From Somniosus microcephalus (lineage: Eukaryota), in the NCBI GenBank assembly GCA_052327205.1, contig CM126203.1:23126001-23190000 (forward strand): a DNA stretch of 64,000 nucleotides, given 5' to 3'. The translations under genes and the position numbers were made by a program. Under the pieces are notes generated by a model. The model was not told the origin of the DNA. It searched no databases and saw only the letters and a program-made list of their open reading frames with translations. Of this stretch, positions 61,901 through 64,000 are shown in pieces. Position 1 is the stretch's first letter. The number at the start of each line of letters is the position of its first letter.

Positions 61901-63534
61901 CTGGCTGAGCATCCTCCTTTAGCTGGATCTTGTAAGTGAATGGTAGAACTCCAAATCCTTTGAACACATCCTGGAAATCATTCACTACAGAATCCACCGA
62001 GTCATCTGGTCTGCTTATGGCACAGTTTATACGGTAGACTTTCTTGACCAGTTCTAAGTCCTCACAAGCTTTGTCACCTAGTAGTGAATCAAGTCCTTCA
62101 GCCACAACAGAAAACATGAGATGATGCACTTTGTCTTTGACTGTCACTTTAAGTCTGCATACACCTAAGCTATCTATTTTCTGTCCATTATAGTCCTTCA
62201 GTAGTACTGACTTTTTCTGTATTTTGGGCTTTTCTTTCATATTGTTAATGTCACTCATACTGATTAAGTTTGCTTTTGCCCCAGTGTCTAGTTTCAATGT
62301 AACTAATGCTCCATTTACCTGCAGTGGGATCATCCATTTGTCCTCTTTTACTGCATTAACTTTATGTTCAGCATTGTTAATTCCTGAGGGCTGCACATTT
62401 TCTGTATCCTTTTTGATATTGTCACATGACACCATTCCTACAAAACATGTCTCACTTAAATCAGTGTCCTCAATCACATTAACTCGTTGCCCTTTCGTCG
62501 TTTTTACTTTTGAAAAGCATTGTTTGGCAAAGTGATTCTTTCCATTACACTTTGTGCACATTTTTTCAAATGCTGGGCATTGTCTCAACTGGTGTTTGTA
62601 ACCACAGCGTTTACAATTAAAAATGTCATCCTCCGATTGCTTCTCACTTCTGTTCTGCCCACGTTTCTTCCCCTTGTAGGACACAGCACCGACAGCAGCA
62701 TTATCACTCATTACAATCGCATCATTTTTGATTTCACTGAAAGTTTTCGCATGCTTTCGAGCTAGCTCGCTGGCTTGGCATATTTTCACAGCAATTTCCA
62801 ATGTTAGTTCGGTTTCTCTCAACAGACGTTCCCTGACTTTTTTATCATGAATACCAAACACAATCTGGTCACGAATCATGGATGCTTTCAGCTCAGAGAA
62901 ATTACATGTCTGTGCTTTCAGTTTCAGATCAGTCATAAAGCTATCAAAAGTCTCATTTTGCTGCTGTATCCGAGAACAGAAGATGTACCTCTCATAGGTT
63001 TCATTCTTTTTGGGAGAACAATGTGTATCAAACTTCTTTAGCACATCGTCTAATTTTTCTCTGTTCTCCTCTGGATTAAATACAAATGGATTAAATACCT
63101 CTATCGCCTGTGGGCCTGCAACCGTGAGCAGCAACGCTATTTTCCTTGTGTCTGGCTTCGTACCGTACCCGATGGCAGCAATGTAGAGTTCGAATTGTTG
63201 TTTAAAAGTCTGCCAATTGTAGTCAACATTTCCTGTGAGTTTCAAACGCTCTGGTGGCTTCAAATTCTCCATGTCGCGTTGCACAATATTCAGCAGATCT
63301 TACCAATCCTGGTACCATGTTATGTTCATTAATAACTAATCATTTTTATTAAGAACAGCTAGCTTTTGCTAGACACTTTATTGAGCACATGTGGACTAGG
63401 TACAGTATCTGTAGAGGCCTCCATCTTGACTGCTGCCTTGTGGGTAGCCTAGTGCATACTGGGTAGCCCACTCTTATATACATACAGTACCGCCTAGTGT
63501 ACCATTCCAGAATGACAGGTTACTGATCATTACA
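58996..63534 (-). mobile_element. Full-length Gypsy element G with tRNA-Leu-type PBS
   Basis: 217-bp LTRs 58996-59212 and 63318-63534 (~10 mismatches); TSD ACTCA; PBS TGGTACCAGGA 63307-63317. Confidence 0.96.
59310..63272 (-). pseudogene. gag-pol: gag-pol of element G with stops at ~61884 and ~60735
   Basis: CKRCGYKH..C/CTKCNGKNHFAKQC, LDTGA, YVDD, TDASKDG, IHEGH..CETC and integrase core. Confidence 0.92.
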
Positions 63535-64000
63535 ACTCACTGTTGTAAAAATCTGTGAAAACTGGAAGAAGCAAGAGAAAGATGTTGTAGGATGGACAAA
63601 AGCAAGCTGAGGGGAAGGTCTAGTGCAGAGCAACCAGGTATGAAATGTTTTGCTCACACACTCAGTTTCTTGGGCAGTGATGAAGCTATGAAAGCAAAAT
63701 TTTAACTTTCGCTGGGAGCCACATGATGCATTGCCATTAGGATCAGTCGACAATTTGTATATTCAGGTACATATGCATAGATATGGATAAATAATACTAA
63801 AGTACTATAAACACCTGAAAAAAATGAGAGTACTATAGACATGGTTCACTTCATCCATTGAGAATTTTTTTTTTAGAATCTGGTTGTTGAAATGAACTCC
63901 ATACTTTCATTGTTAGAATGAGTACATGAGCCAAGTTATGTAATTATTTCAAAGGTCTGGGAAAAGAAGAACTGCCTAAATTCCTACTCTTGCAGAGCTT

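Overview
Vertebrate nuclear DNA, most likely a shark or ray (HE1-type V-SINE, SacSINE1-type DeuSINEs, shark-style CR1/L2 tails). It is almost entirely nested transposable elements, with no confidently identified host gene. There are seven Ty3/Gypsy (Mag-like) LTR elements, labelled A-G. C, D, E, F and G have both LTRs, a PBS, a PPT and 5-bp TSDs. The window also holds solo LTRs, CR1 and L2 LINE fragments, decayed PIF/Harbinger transposase relics and MITEs, a 44-bp minisatellite and a 138-N gap. The standout is element D (23968-28817, minus strand; LTRs differ at 2 of 254 sites). It keeps gag-protease, but RT/RNaseH/integrase are replaced by a ~500-codon open, intronless coiled-coil ORF. That ORF looks like an in-frame mosaic of host mRNA fragments (STK10/SLK-like, RAI14/ANKRD24-like, DNAJC21 zinc-finger-like), and after two stops the frame runs on into the native pol terminus. 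All protein and repeat family assignments come from recalled motifs and need database confirmation.
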